Shown piece after piece: positions 12,144-24,696 of a DNA stretch of 64,000 nucleotides. The stretch comes from Octopus sinensis (Eukaryota). Positions within the stretch are counted from its first letter, which is position 1, and the number at the start of each line of letters is the position of its first letter. Both the position numbers and the translations under genes were made by a program. Below the pieces are notes generated by a model. It did no database searches. It saw only the letters and a list, made by a program, of their open reading frames with translations, and was not told the DNA's origin. The stretch lies in contig NC_043026.1 of NCBI RefSeq assembly GCF_006345805.1, positions 9,734,001-9,798,000 on the forward strand. Direction: 5' to 3'.

Positions 12144-13313
12144 CTACCCTTTTTTTTTCTCTCCTGTATGAATAAGTTTGTGTCCAGTTAAATGACTATT
12201 TCGAGAGAATGATTTACCACAGATATCACACTGATAAGGCTTCTCTCCTGTATGAATACGTTTGTGTTTATTTAAGCCACTACTATCAGAGAATGAGTTA
12301 CCACAGATATCACAGTGGTATGGCTTCTCTCCTGTATGACTACGTTTGTGTTTAGTTAAATCACCATTTCGAGAGAATGATTTATCACAGATGTCACAAT
12401 AATATGGCTTCTCTCCTGTATGAATACGTTTGTGTCTATGTAAAGTACTACTTTCAGAGAATGAGTTACCACAGATATCACAGTGGTATGGCTTCTCTCC
12501 TGTATGACTACGTTTGTGTTTAGTTAAATCACCATTTCGAGAGAATGATTTGCCACAGATATCACACTGACATGGCTTGTCTCCTGCATTAATACATTTG
12601 TGTCTTGGTAACACACTACTATCAGAGAATGATTTACCACAGATATCACAGTGATATGGTTTCTCCCCTGTATGAATACGTTTGTGTGAATTTAAATTAC
12701 TACAGTCAGTGAATGATTTACCACAGATATCACAATGAAATGGTTTTTCTCCTGAATGAATACATTTATGTTTAGTTAACTGACTATTTTGAGAGAATGA
12801 TTTACCACAGATATCACACTGATATGGCTCCTCTCCAGTATGACTATGTCTGTGTACAGTTAAATTACTATATTGAGAGAATGATTTACCACAGATACCA
12901 CAGTGATATGGTTTCTCCCCTGTATGAATACGTATGTGTGTAGAAAGATTACTACTCTGAGAGAATGATTTACCACAGATATCACAAGAATATGGTTTCT
13001 CTCCTGTATGAGTATATATGTGTTTTGATAAAGCACTACTATGAGAGAATGACTTGCCACAGATATCACAATGATGTGACTTCTCTCGTCTGTGAACACG
13101 CTTGTGTTTAGAAAGATTACTACTTTGAGAGAATGATTTACCACAGATATCACAATGATATAGCTTTTCTTGTCTATGAATAAGTTTGTGTTCAGTGAGG
13201 TCACTTTTTTGAGAGAAGGACCTTTTACAGACATCACAGTCATATGAAGACTTTCTCATCTCTTTTATGTCTTCATGGGAAATCAATTCTTCTACTTTCT
13301 CAGTCTTTTCCAT
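12144..13313 (-). CDS. Z2: C2H2 zinc-finger protein, 389 aa, 13 fingers (finger 8 last His->Asn)
   Basis: ORF 12144..13376; ATG at 13313. Acceptor 13476-13477 and donor 13575-13576 define a 101-nt intron. Confidence 0.92.
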   Translation of the reverse strand: MEKTEKVEELISHEDIKEMRKSSYDCDVCKRSFSQKSDLTEHKLIHRQEKLYHCDICGKSFSQSSNLSKHKRVHRREKSHHCDICGKSFSHSSALSKHIYTHTGEKPYSCDICGKSFSQSSNLSTHIRIHTGEKPYHCGICGKSFSQYSNLTVHRHSHTGEEPYQCDICGKSFSQNSQLTKHKCIHSGEKPFHCDICGKSFTDCSNLNSHKRIHTGEKPYHCDICGKSFSDSSVLPRHKCINAGDKPCQCDICGKSFSRNGDLTKHKRSHTGEKPYHCDICGNSFSESSTLHRHKRIHTGEKPYYCDICDKSFSRNGDLTKHKRSHTGEKPYHCDICGNSFSDSSGLNKHKRIHTGEKPYQCDICGKSFSRNSHLTGHKLIHTGEKKKG

Positions 13314-14034
13314 TATTTTTCTCTTCAAATCACAATGTATATATATATTGTTCCAGTTTTCCTTCTTATAGTTCACTCTTTACAAAGAATTTGCTTTTTA
13401 CATCATTTTCTTTCAGTCTTCAAAGATGATAAATATTGAGGATGTATCTTCAGTGTCCCAATGTCATCTGATATTCTGAAATAATAAAGAAACATCAGTG
13501 TAAAATATGGAGGCTACTTAAAAAAACACAGATTCAAAGGTGGAAACTTTACATTTCTACAGAAATAAAAATTTACCTGAACAACTGAACTTATAATTTG
13601 ACATTGTTGTTTAACCCTGAGGCATCTCTAACTGAGCAGAAATACAATTAAGGACATTCCATCCTGTCCTTCTCTCTAGTATTGCATATCTAGGACAACA
13701 TTATCCAATAGTCTTCAATACTCATAAATGAAAGGTGAAATTTATTTCTAGTAGGCCATGTGACCACATAGAATTATGCTTTTAAAATTCCTACAATTCA
13801 GAATATAAATCATCTCCCTCGCTCTCTCTTTCAATTAAGCATCTTTTACTTTTCTCATTGATTCCACTATTTCTGACTTTGCTTTCTCAATAAATATTTC
13901 TCCGTTCCAATCAATACCTTCCGAACCATAAGCACAACACACACACACACACAAAATTGACAGAAACAAGAATATTATTGTAAGATAATATCTTGTTTCG
14001 ATATTTTTCCTTTTATTTAATTTTTTTGGTTATA

Positions 14035-14449
14035 TTTCGTCTCTAGTAGACCTTTCCGTCGATTTCCGTAAAAATTTTTTTTTTTTTTACATATGGGCTT
14101 GCGGGAACTTTTGAAGTAATGAGAGTGAAAGAGACTAAGAGAAAGCGATTTTATGACGAGGGAAGTTCTTTTGAAGTTACCGTGCATGTGAAGCATTGAT
14201 GTACATGTGTGTGTGTTTGATGGGGTGTGGGAGACAGACAGTATGATGTGTAAGTGAAGTGCTTCTGTTAGTGTGTGTGAAGAGACAGAGTAATGTGTGA
14301 AAGAAAGAGATAACTGAAATTTTTTATTCGGTGTATGTGTATATGTATGTATATTACTTCAAAAGTTCCCGCAAGCCCATATGTAAAAAAAAAAAAAAAA
14401 ATTTTTTACGGAAATCGACGGAAAGGTCTACTAGAGACGAAAGATCGCC
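14035..14449. mobile_element. Long-TIR MITE (Merlin-like), left tip deleted
   Basis: ~90-bp TIRs ctctagtagacctttccgtcgatttccgta(A)n(T)nacatatgggcttgcgggaacttttg and its complement, ending gagacgaaagatcgcc. Confidence 0.8.
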
Positions 14450-14804
14450 TTACTAGTGGCTTCGGCACACATCTGTACTTATATCAAGAAACAAACATTC
14501 CATAAATCATAACAGAGCATTGGATCCTTACGGAACATTTCAGTGATTGGAGTTTACTTCAGAATAATTCTGAAACTAAAATACACAACTAACTAACGCG
14601 GCAACGATGGAGAGTGTAGAAGGGAGCTTGCACAGGCAGAAATAGCAGCTAAATCTCACACAGATCATAGCCATCTCCCTTCCATAACTAGAAATGGCAA
14701 TGAAATCTCGCACAAATCATAGACATTTCCCATGCATAAAAGATGAACAAGTCACGACCAGAAGGTCTACAGAATTAAAAGATTAAATAGTTTCATTGTG
14801 TAAT

Positions 14805-14966
14805 ACTCACGGAAATGTCTCATAAAGGAAAGACTTGTTATAAAGTGTGTTTATAATAAGTATTAAACGTACTTTCAAAGTGTCTGTGAAGTAGGAAAGA
14901 GAAAGTCATGCACGGTGCAAAATTCTTTAAATACCAATGCGGAACTACGATTGCTGCGCATGCGTA
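14805..14966 (-). promoter_or_regulatory. Z2 promoter / exon-1 module
   Basis: TGCGCATGCGTA at 14955-14966, gcggaac just toward the gene, minus-strand donor GTGAGT at 14810-14805. Conserved in six paralogues. Confidence 0.65.
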
Positions 14967-15071
14967 TATTTTATATGAAACACATGGGAGCTAACTCTTG
15001 TCAGCTTAATGCCATTTCAATAATTATAATAATAAAAACATTGTGTACAGTGCTCAGGTGCACTACAACTC

Positions 15072-15360
15072 ATCTTCCTTTGATTCTGACATGCAATGTC
15101 TGTGTAAGACCCTGCCTCAGTAAAGCTGGACTCATGAGTCATCTTCGTAGTCATAAAACGAGACAGATGAGTGACAACCTGGTCACTGGTGGTGGTGTAA
15201 CACACCATACTAATCATATCTGTCGGGCATGTGGAAGAGAGTGTAATTCGGCAGGAGGACTTAAACGACATGCAAAGGCACATGAAGCCCAGTTACAACT
15301 ACAGCCGGCCATTACCAGTAAAGGTTTTAGTTGCCAATTTTTGTACAAGACATTGTAGAT
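15072..15360 (+). mobile_element. RTE-LINE C-terminal fragment with C2H2-like motifs (truncated duplicate of 21917-22440)
   Basis: LTCNVCVRPCLSKAGLMSHLRSH and HICRACGRECNSAGGLKRHAKAH; DNA nearly identical to 22120-22395. Confidence 0.75.
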
Positions 15361-15384
15361 CTTTTCCCTTTGTGGTCTCTTCTG

Positions 15385-16100
15385 TTTCATGCTTACTCTT
15401 TCACTTGTTTCAGTCATTTGACTGTGGCCATGCTGGAGCACCACATTTAGTCGAACAAATCGACCCCAGGACTTATTCCTTGTAAACGTAGTACTTATTC
15501 TATCAGTCTCGTTTGCCGAACCGCTAAGTTATGGCGACGTAAACACACTAGCATCGGTTGTCAAGTGATGTTGGTGGGGAAGGGAGGAGACAAACACAGA
15601 CACAAACATATATATATATGCATATACATAAAAAGCACCATCCGAACGTGGCTGATGCCAGCGCCGCCTTGACTGGCTTCCGTGCCGTGGGCACGTTAAA
15701 AGCACCAACCGATCGTGGCCGATGCCAGACTCCCCTGGCACCTGTGCTGGTGGCACATAAAAAGCACCCACTACACTCGCGGAGTTGTTGTCGTTAGGAA
15801 GGGCATCCAGCTGTAGAAACAATGCCAGATCAAACTGGTGCCTGGTGCAGCCCCTGGCTTCCCAGACCCCGGTCGAATCGTCCAACCCGTGCTAGCACGG
15901 AAAACAGACGTTAAACGATGATGATGACATACATGACGAGCTTCTTTCAGTTTCTGCCTACCAAATCCACTCACAAGGCTTTGGTCAGCCCGAAGCTATA
16001 GTAGAAGACACTTGCCCAAGGTGCCATGCAGTGAGACTGAACCCGGAACTATGTGGCTGGTAAGCAAGCTACTTACCACACAGCCACTCCTGCACCTACA
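15385..16100 (-). mobile_element. Family A SINE split by a family D RTE tail (duplicate of 11172-11885)
   Basis: Near-identical nested structure at offset ~4219. Confidence 0.8.
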
Positions 16101-16365
16101 ACTTAAAAATTAGTAAAAAATATAGAGTGAATTGTGCAAGTGATATTCAAGAAAGAACCTTGTGTAAAGTTGGCAGGAAGAGGTCTACCAGAACAGAGGT
16201 CCCTACATCATGGGAAAGAAAAGGAACATGAAAGTAGGGGAAGGGACAGGGAGAAAATTTGGAAAGAAAGATAAAGACTGAAATTCTTGGAAAAGCATTA
16301 TTTTTTAAGTCATAATTTTCATTACATAAAGGAAAAGTAGTTTACAAAAGAACCCACACAAACTA

Positions 16366-16587
<222 letters not shown>

Positions 16588-17175
16588 TCAAGAGAATGAT
16601 TTACCAGAGATATCACAATGATATGGTTTCTCTCCTGTATGACTACGTTTGTGTTTAGTTAAATCACCATTTCGAGAGAATGATTTACCACAGATATCAC
16701 ACTGATATGGCTTCTCTCCTGTATGACTACGTTTGTGTTTAGTTATATCACCATTTCGAGAGAATGATTTATCACAGATGTCACAATAATATGGCTTCTC
16801 TCCTGTATGAATACGTTTGTGTCTATGTAAAGTACTACTTTCAGAGAATGAGTTACCACAGATATCACAGTGGTATGGCTTCTCTCCTGTATGACTACGT
16901 TTGTGTTTAGTTAAATCACCATTTCGAGAGAATGATTTATCACAGATGTCACAATAATATGGCTTCTCTCCTGTATGAATACGTTTGTGTCTATGTAGAG
17001 TACTACTTTCAGAGAATGAGTTACCACAGATATCACAGTGGTATGGCTTCTTTCCTGTATGACTATGTTTGTGTTTATTTAAGACGCTACTATCAGCGAA
17101 GGATTTACCACAGATATCACAGTGGTATGGCTTCTCTCCTGTATGACTACGTTTGTGTTTAGTTAAATCACCATT

Positions 17176-18201
17176 TCAAGAGAATGATTTACCAGAGATA
17201 TCACAATATGGTTTCTCTTCTGTATGAATACGTTTATGTTTAGTTAATTCATTACATTTGGAGAATGATTTACCACAGATATCACACTGACATGGCTTGT
17301 CTCCTGCATTAATACATTTGTGTCTTGGTAACGCACTACTATCAGAGAATGATTTACCACAGATATCACAATGATATGGTTTCTCCCCTGTATGAATACG
17401 TATGTGTACAGTTAAGTTACTATTCTGAGAGAATGATTTACCACAGATATCACAATGATATGGCTTCTCCTGTGTATGAAAACGTATGTGTTTAGTCAAA
17501 TGACTATTGCTGGAGAATGATTTACCACAGATATCACAGTGATATGGTTTCTCCCCTGTATGAATACGTTTGTGTGAATTTAAATTACTACAGTCAGTGA
17601 ATGATTTACCACAGATATCACAATGAGATGGTTTCTCTCCTGAATGAATACGTTTATGTTTAGTTAAGTGACTATTTTGTGAGAATGATTTACCACAGAT
17701 ATCACAGTGATATGGGTCCTCTCCAGTATGAATAAGTGTGTGTACAGTTAAATTACTATTTTGAGAGAATGATTTACCACAGATACCACAGTGATATGGT
17801 TTCTCCCCTGTATGAATACGTATGTGTGTAGAAAGATTACTACTCTGAGAGAATGATTTACCACAGATATCACAAGAATATGGTTTCTCTCCTGTATGAG
17901 TATATATGTGTTTTGATAAAGCACTACTATGAGAGAATGACTTGCCACAGATATCACAATGATGTGACTTCTCTCGTCTGTGAACACGCTTGTGTTTAGA
18001 AAGATTACTACTTTGAGAGAATGATTTACCACAGATATCACAATGATATAGCTTTTCTTGTCTATGAATAAGTTTGTGTTCAGTGAGGTCACTTTTTTGA
18101 GAGAAGGACCTTTTACAGACATCACAGTCATATGAAGACTCTTTTATCTCTTTTATGTCTTCATGCAAAATCAATTCTTCTACTTTCTCACTCTTTTCCA
18201 T
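17176..18201 (-). CDS. Z3: C2H2 zinc-finger protein truncated at 341 aa (11 finger units) by in-frame TGA; 10 more in-frame units follow to TAG at 16363-16365
   Basis: ATG at 18201. TGA at 17176-17178 and 16588-16590 are both in frame with the terminal TGEKKKG* shared with Z2. Confidence 0.85.
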   Translation of the reverse strand: MEKSEKVEELILHEDIKEIKESSYDCDVCKRSFSQKSDLTEHKLIHRQEKLYHCDICGKSFSQSSNLSKHKRVHRREKSHHCDICGKSFSHSSALSKHIYTHTGEKPYSCDICGKSFSQSSNLSTHIRIHTGEKPYHCGICGKSFSQNSNLTVHTLIHTGEDPYHCDICGKSFSQNSHLTKHKRIHSGEKPSHCDICGKSFTDCSNLNSHKRIHTGEKPYHCDICGKSFSSNSHLTKHIRFHTQEKPYHCDICGKSFSQNSNLTVHIRIHTGEKPYHCDICGKSFSDSSALPRHKCINAGDKPCQCDICGKSFSKCNELTKHKRIHTEEKPYCDISGKSFS

Positions 18202-19067
18202 TATTTTCCTCCTCAAATCACAATGTATATATATATTGTTCCAGTTTTCCTTCTTATAGTTCACTCTTTACAAAGAATTTGCTTTTTACATCATTTTCTT
18301 TCAGTCTTCAAAGATGATAAATATTGAGGATGTATCTTCAGTGTCCCAATGTCATCTGATATTCTGAAATAATAAAGAAACATCAGTGTAAAATATGGAG
18401 GCTACTTAAAAAAACACAGATTCAAAGGTGGAAAATTTACATTTCTACAGAAATAAAAATTTACCTGAACAACTGAACTTATAATTTGACATTGTTGTAT
18501 AGCCCTGAGGCATCTCTAACTGAGCAGAAATACAATTAAGGACATTCCATCCTGTCCTTCACTCTAGTATTGCATATCTAGGACAACATTATCCAATAGT
18601 CTTCAATACTCATAAATGAAAGGTGAAATTTATTTCTAGTAGGCCATGTGACCACATAGAATTATGCTTTTAAAATTCCTACAATTCAGAATATAAATCA
18701 TCTCCCTCGCTCTCTCTTTCAATTAAGCATCTTTTACTTTTCTCATTGATTCCACTATTTCTGACTTTGCTTTCTCAATATATATTTCTCCGTTCCAGTC
18801 AATACCTTCCGAACCATAAGCACAACACACACACACAAAATTGACAGAAACAAGAATATTATTGTAAGATAATATCTTGTTTCGATATTTTTCCTTTTAT
18901 TTAATTTTTTTCATGGGGTGGGGTTTGAAAAATTGGCTCAGATTTGGCTGTGTGGTAAGAAGCTTTTCTCTCAACTAGATGGTTCCAAGTTCAGTCCCAT
19001 TGCATAGAACCTTGAACAAGTTATGAGAAAACGAATTACTAGTGGCTTCGGCACACATCTGTACTTA

Positions 19068-20312
19068 CTGACCCACTTCCCATAGCAGTAGAGCAACAAC
19101 ACTTGGCACAGTTATTAGTCTTTTCCTACATAGGAACTACCCAGAGTTATGCATTTCTCCCATTGTTTGATACAGCTCTGGAGACCGTTTTTGTAGAAGA
19201 CCCCAGCTTGGTCCTGCAACCACGACGTGACTTCAGAAATCAAGGCTGCATCATCTGGGAAACGCTTTCCTTTCAAAATCAACTTCATGGCTGGGAAGAG
19301 GTGAAAATCAGAGGGTGCAAGGGGAGGAGTTCATAGCTGCATGCCTGTGCTTCTGATCTGGCGACGCGCGAGTTGTGGACCAGAGCATTGTCCTGCAGGA
19401 GGAGGATGCCTTTGCTGATCTTATCCCCGCCTCTTGATTTTGATAGCTTCTCTTAATTTCCTCAAAAGTGAAGCATAATAGGCTCCTGTAATTGTGGTAC
19501 CCTTTGCCAGGAAATCTGTCATCACTACTCCGTCCTGGTCCCAGAAGACTGTGAGCATAACCGTGTCAGCGGAGGGCTGCACCCTTGCCTTCTTTGGAGA
19601 AGGTGAGTCACGGTGCTTTCAATGCATTGACTGGGCTTTGGTCTATGGATCATAGTGATGGACCCAGGTTTTATCCTGTGTGATCAGTCTTTTGAAAAAT
19701 TTTGACTCATCTTCTTGGCACATCTCCAAATTCATCCTCGAGCACTCGACGCGTTCTTGCTTCTGGAAAGGTGTGAGCAACCTGGGAATCCATCTGGCAG
19801 ACACCTTTTGCATATGCAAATGGTCATGAATGATAGTTTCCACAGACCCGGTACTAATCTTGACCTTATGGGCTATTTGGCTAATAGTTATGCGTCGACC
19901 TTCCAAAATGGCAGCCTCAACTTGACGGACAGACGTCTCATCAACGGCAGAAGGGGGCGACCAGATCTGGGAGCTGTTTCCACAGAGTTCCGACCATGTT
20001 TGAATTCACGATGCCAGCGTTTTACAAGGTCATATGATGGAGCATCATCACCATAAGTTACTTTCATTTCATCAAAAGTCTCCCGTGGTGTGCGTCCTTT
20101 CAAATACAAACACCAGATCACTGCTCGACACTCAACAGGCTCCATTTCACACTTGACTCAGTTCAAACATCTGTAAATCAGAAACCACAATTAGTTCAGA
20201 GCTGTAATTCGCCACCTAATCTATAGAGGTATAAATAAGTGCACATGCAAAATTTCAGCTAGATCAAACAACTGCAAGTAGGTCAGGGGCATTACTTATT
20301 GAACGCCCCTCG
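19068..20312 (-). mobile_element. Mariner element with disrupted transposase; one TIR missing
   Basis: MEPVECRAVI...RSGRP, frameshift, SARWIPRLL...ITQDKTWVHHYDP*, LLQDNA. TIR cgaggggcgttcaataagtaatgcc; TA duplicated at 19066-67 and 20313-14; empty site at ~14470-14495. Confidence 0.92.
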
Positions 20313-20637
20313 TATATCAAGAAACAAACATTCCATAAATCATAACAGAGCATTGGATCCTTACGGAACATTTCAGTGATTGGAGTTTACTTCAGAATAA
20401 TTCTGAAACTAAAATACACAACTAACTAACGCGGCAACGATGGAGAGTGTAGAAGGGAGCTTGCACAGGCAGAAATAGCAGCTAAATCTCACACAGATCA
20501 TAGCCATCTCCCTTCCATAACTAGAAATGGCAATGAAATCTCGCACAAATCATAGACATTTCCCATGCATAAAAGATGAACAAGTCACAACCAGAACGTC
20601 TACAGAATTAAAAGATTAAATAGTTTCATTGTGTAAT

Positions 20638-20799
20638 ACTCACGGAAATGTCTCATAAAGGAAAGACTTGTTATAAAGTGTGTTTATAATAAGTATTAAA
20701 CGTACTTTCAAAGTGCCTGTGAAGTAGGAAAGAGAAAGTCATGCACGGTGCAAAATTCTTTAAATACCAATGCGGAACTACGATTGCTGCGCATGCGTA
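20638..20799 (-). promoter_or_regulatory. Z3 promoter / exon-1 module
   Basis: TGCGCATGCGTA at 20788-20799; donor GTGAGT at 20643-20638. Confidence 0.65.
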
Positions 20800-20845
20800 T
20801 ATTTTATATGAAATACATGGGAGCTAACTCTTGTCAGCTTAATGC

Positions 20846-21530
20846 CATTTCAATAATAATAATAATAATAAAAAAACATTGTGTACAGTGCTCAGGTGCA
20901 CTACAACTCGTCTAAAGTGTATGTATAGTACATAGGGTAATGTACAAGCGTCAGGAAAAGAACAGTGCATGAGTCATGACATACACATATGTGTATGAGT
21001 ATAGAAGTGGGGCAATCAGGTGTAGTTTCGGCAGATTTCGGAAAGCATGAGGGCCTTAAAGGATGTAGTGTCATGGCAGTCAACAACTGACGCAGGCAGT
21101 TTGCTCCATGCTTCAGCAACTCTGAGCGTGAAAAAATGTTTCCGAAAGTCATGGGAGCTGTGCTGTTTTCTGACTTTGTAGGCATGTCCACGTGTGTTGG
21201 ACACATGGAGAACAAAAAGGTGTTCAGTGTTGTTGTTGGTGAGGTGGTTGATAACTTTGTGGGTGTTTACCAAGTCCATCGCCAGACGCCGGAGCTTCAG
21301 TGAATCCATGCCCAAGGAAACAAGGCGCTCAGGTATGGTAGGTGTCTGATGGAGGGTGTACGTTTGGTTGCATGTCTCTGGACAAATTCCAGGAGGTCAA
21401 TGTTCTGAGCAAGATAGGGGTTCCAAACTGATGATGCGAATTCCAAGTGTGGTCGTACCATAGCTGTATACAGTTTTAAATAGATGGCTGGAGAGCGGCT
21501 AACAAAAGTCTTGCTGGTCTATGTAACAAA
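20846..21530 (-). mobile_element. CR1-group LINE 3' end
   Basis: LYTAMVRPHLEFASSVWNP; LKLRRLAMDL...TRGHAYK...FFTLRVAEAWSKLP; (TTA)n tail. Confidence 0.88.
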
Positions 21531-21916
21531 AATTTAGTTTTAGATGTTTTATGTGAAGGTAATTCTACGTAGAAACACTGATTGTAATCCTCTTAACATT
21601 CCTGGTGCCAACTTCTACATGTTCCAAGCGAGCTTATAAGTCTCCCTGTCTGTCGAGCAACAAATAGCTCAAACGCGGTTACACGAAGAACTGGTAGCGA
21701 AGTGAATGATACTAGCTCAATGAGACTTCCATTCACAAAGATCATGCAATATATCAATATATTTGAAGGAACGAAAACAGGATGAGGCAGTGGACTGGAA
21801 GCAAATGACCGAGATTTGTATGGATAGCAAGGCCATTGTTTACAGCCAGTGAAAAGACATGGAGACGAACAGATATACAAACTCACTTACAAAAGTGTAC
21901 AGTTGTGTGTGTATGT

Positions 21917-22440
21917 ATGTATAGATAGATAGAAGGCTTCCTTAAGAGATGCTTGCATCTCTCCTGACACATGGGAAGGCATAGCTATTGATCGTAGCAG
22001 GTGGAGAAGGATTGTGCATGAGGGGACAGCCACTTTTGAGAAATCTTGAGTTGCACATGAGAAAGTAAGGAGGGATGTCAGGAAGGGCATCGCTGTTATC
22101 CTTCCAGAAGGGAAGGGTCTTCCTTTGATTCTGACATGCAATGTCTGTGTAAGACCCTGCCTCAGTAAAGCTGGACTCATGAGTCATCTTCGTAGTCATA
22201 AAACGAGACAGATGAGTGACAACCTGGCCACTGGGGGTGGTGTAACACACCTATCTGTCGGGCATGTGGAAGAGAGTATAATTTGGCAGGAGGACTTAAA
22301 CGACATGCAAAGGTACATGAAGCCCAGTTACAACTACAGCCGGCTATTACTGGTAAAGGTCTTAGTTGCCAATTCTGTACAAGACATTGTAGATGTTTAG
22401 CTGGGCTAAAAAGTCACATTCGATCACAGCACCAGTAACA
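21917..22440 (+). mobile_element. RTE-LINE 3' end with three C2H2-like motifs
   Basis: SLRDACISPDTWEGIAIDRSRWRRIVHEG..FE, then CNVC..SHLRSH, a frameshifted second motif, and CQFCTRHCRCLAGLKSHIRSQHQ*. Confidence 0.75.
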
Positions 22441-22896
22441 GTTAAGCTTCGTGCAATAGCCATACTTGATAACGAGGAGGCAGCCATAATAGATAGATAG
22501 ATGTGTGCGTATACATACACAGAAGCGCATATATGTACGTATGCAATTGGCTCCTTACTGCTCAGGCCTTTCGTTCTCACATTATAGAATATTGGCCAAC
22601 CACGCTGCATGTCTCCTCTCTTTGGTTATCATTTAACATCTGTCTTCCATGCTGGCATGAGTTGAATGGTTCCACAGGAACTGGCAAGCCAAAGAGCTGC
22701 ACCAAACTGTTTTCAGCTCTGGTGGGGTTTCTACAGGTGGATGTCCACCTTCCTAGTACAAACCACTTTACAGAGTGTACTGATTGTTCTTCATGTGGCA
22801 CTGGTATTGGTGCCTTTAACATGGTACCAGCACCGGTGGGTTCGCCAAACAACTTCTAAGACAAAGACCCCATGACTGGGAGAGGGAGTGTATTAA

Positions 22897-23120
22897 CACA
22901 TTAAGTCCCACTGTCCTATAAATAGGACACTAAATGAAAACATTTAGATAAGCTATATCACATTGTCCCAGTGTCCTATTTCTAGAACACTGTGTATTTC
23001 CATTTCTACTTGAAGTAAAGGAGTTTTAATAATTGAATTTTTCATTTTAACCTATTTTCAATCATCTGTGACAATTTAAATGTAATATTCAGAAATTTAA
23101 GTAGTCTGGGACTTAAAGGG
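22897..23120. mobile_element. piggyBac-like MITE
   Basis: TTAA at 22893-96 and 23121-24; ends (cacat)taagtccca / tgggacttaaaggg. Confidence 0.6.
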
Positions 23121-23467
23121 TTAAGAGAGGAGACTTTGTGCTAGATGAGGGATTAAAGTATAATAGAGGGATAGATATAGATGTCATACAGAGGAGATAC
23201 TTGGCCACTCGTGTAGGAAAAGAAAAGGGAAGTAGGGATAGAGAAATAGATGGTGTTGGAGATGCACCAAGGGACCTAACCACAGGGAATGAGACACCTA
23301 TAAGGATACAGAAGGGATAGAGGGGGGATATTTCATACAAATTTGAAGGGAGATGTTGGAGGTGGGCAGGGTTGATGTGGCAAGTAATAGTGAGGGAAAT
23401 AGCCATGGCTATGGTAGATATGTGAGGTGGGGAACAGAGGCTGTTGGGGTATGAGGTATTGGTTGTA

Positions 23468-23696
23468 GGCGAGCTGGTAGAAACGTTAGCACGCTGGATG
23501 AAATGCTTAGAGGTATTCCGTCTGTTGTTACGTTGTGAGTTCAAATTCCGCCGAGGTCAACTTTGCCTTTCATCCTTTCGGGGTTGATAAATTAAGTACC
23601 AGTTATGCACTGGGGGCGATGTAATTGACTTAATACCTATGTCTGTCCTTGTTTGCCCCCCTCTGTGTTTAGCCCCTTGTGGGTAGTAAAGAAATA
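23468..23696 (+). mobile_element. Family B SINE monomer
   Basis: ggcgagctggtagaaacgttagc head; 20-bp TSD ggtatgag(g/a)tattggttgta at 23448-67 and 23697-716. Confidence 0.85.
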
Positions 23697-24329
23697 GGTA
23701 TGAGATATTGGTTGTAAAGAACATGCTTGTATGCTTATTTACAATTTTACATAGCTTGATGTCTTCTTAAGCACATGAAATGACCAGAAGTCTCAGTCCC
23801 TTGCCATCTCCTTCATTAGACTCAACATCTGAGGAGATCATTTTTCACCACTTTGTTCCATGTCTTCCTAGGTCTACTTCTTCCATTTTTGTAAGATAAT
23901 GTAATCTAGACCTTTTGCTAAATTTAATATAAAAAACACTTCTTGAGAGAGTTATCTGTTGTGGAGCACTAAACTGTAGTTATGCCCCATGTTTCCCTTT
24001 GCAGTCTCCTTTGTTTTGTACTCAAGGTCATTCTTTGTTTTTCCTTAGTGGTCCCTTGTTTTGTACTGGAGGTTATTAGGGTTAGGGTTACATACTTGAC
24101 AACTTTACCATGTCCTCACAATGAAAAAGCCATAAATTTTGTTAGTGTTGAAAATATTTAATGAGTAAAGCATTGAAAAACTAATAAACAAGAAATATAC
24201 AGTAAATTGTGGAACTGACATTCAACAAAAGCCATGTGCAGGGTTGCCAGGAGGAGCAGTTTTAGAATAGGGGTCCCTAATTTATGGAAAAAAGAATGGA
24301 AGTAGAGGATGGCACAGCAAGAAAATATT

Positions 24330-24590
24330 TTCCGTGCAGGTGGCACGTAAAATGCACCAATCCGACCGTGGCCGATGCCAGCCTCGCCTGGCACCTGTGC
24401 AGGTGGCACGTAAAAAGCACCCACTATACTCACGGAGTGGTTGGCGTTAGGAAGGGCATCCAGCTGTAGAAACACTGTCAGATAAGACCGGAGCCTGGTG
24501 CAGCCTTCTGGCTTCCCAGATCCCCGGTCGAACCGTCCAACCCATGCTAGCATGGAGAACGGACATTAAACGATGATGATGAAGATGATG
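24330..24590 (+). mobile_element. Family D RTE 3' tail
   Basis: ggcgttaggaagggcatcc...aaacgatgatgatg. Confidence 0.8.
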
Positions 24591-24696
24591 AAAAGAACTG
24601 AAAGTTTTGGTAAAACACTTCCACAATCATGATTTCCATCACATGAATCCCAGGAATATTAAGGAGAGAAAAAAATTTACAGAAAAAACACACAAT

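Noticed and set aside
16588-17178. Recoding of Z3's in-frame TGA by A-to-I editing (UGA->UGG) or selenocysteine
   Set aside because: The A has a 5' G, which ADAR disfavours. CGA->TGA is a simple CpG transition, the same finger has also lost a Cys ligand, and I saw no SECIS.
19068-20312. Functional or domesticated mariner transposase
   Set aside because: Frameshifts, internal stops and a missing TIR; the other two mariners are more decayed still.
23113-23544. 143-aa minus-strand ORF and the similar purine-rich tract at 26600-26830
   Set aside because: Low-complexity, probably old retroelement debris; I could not assign a family or motif.
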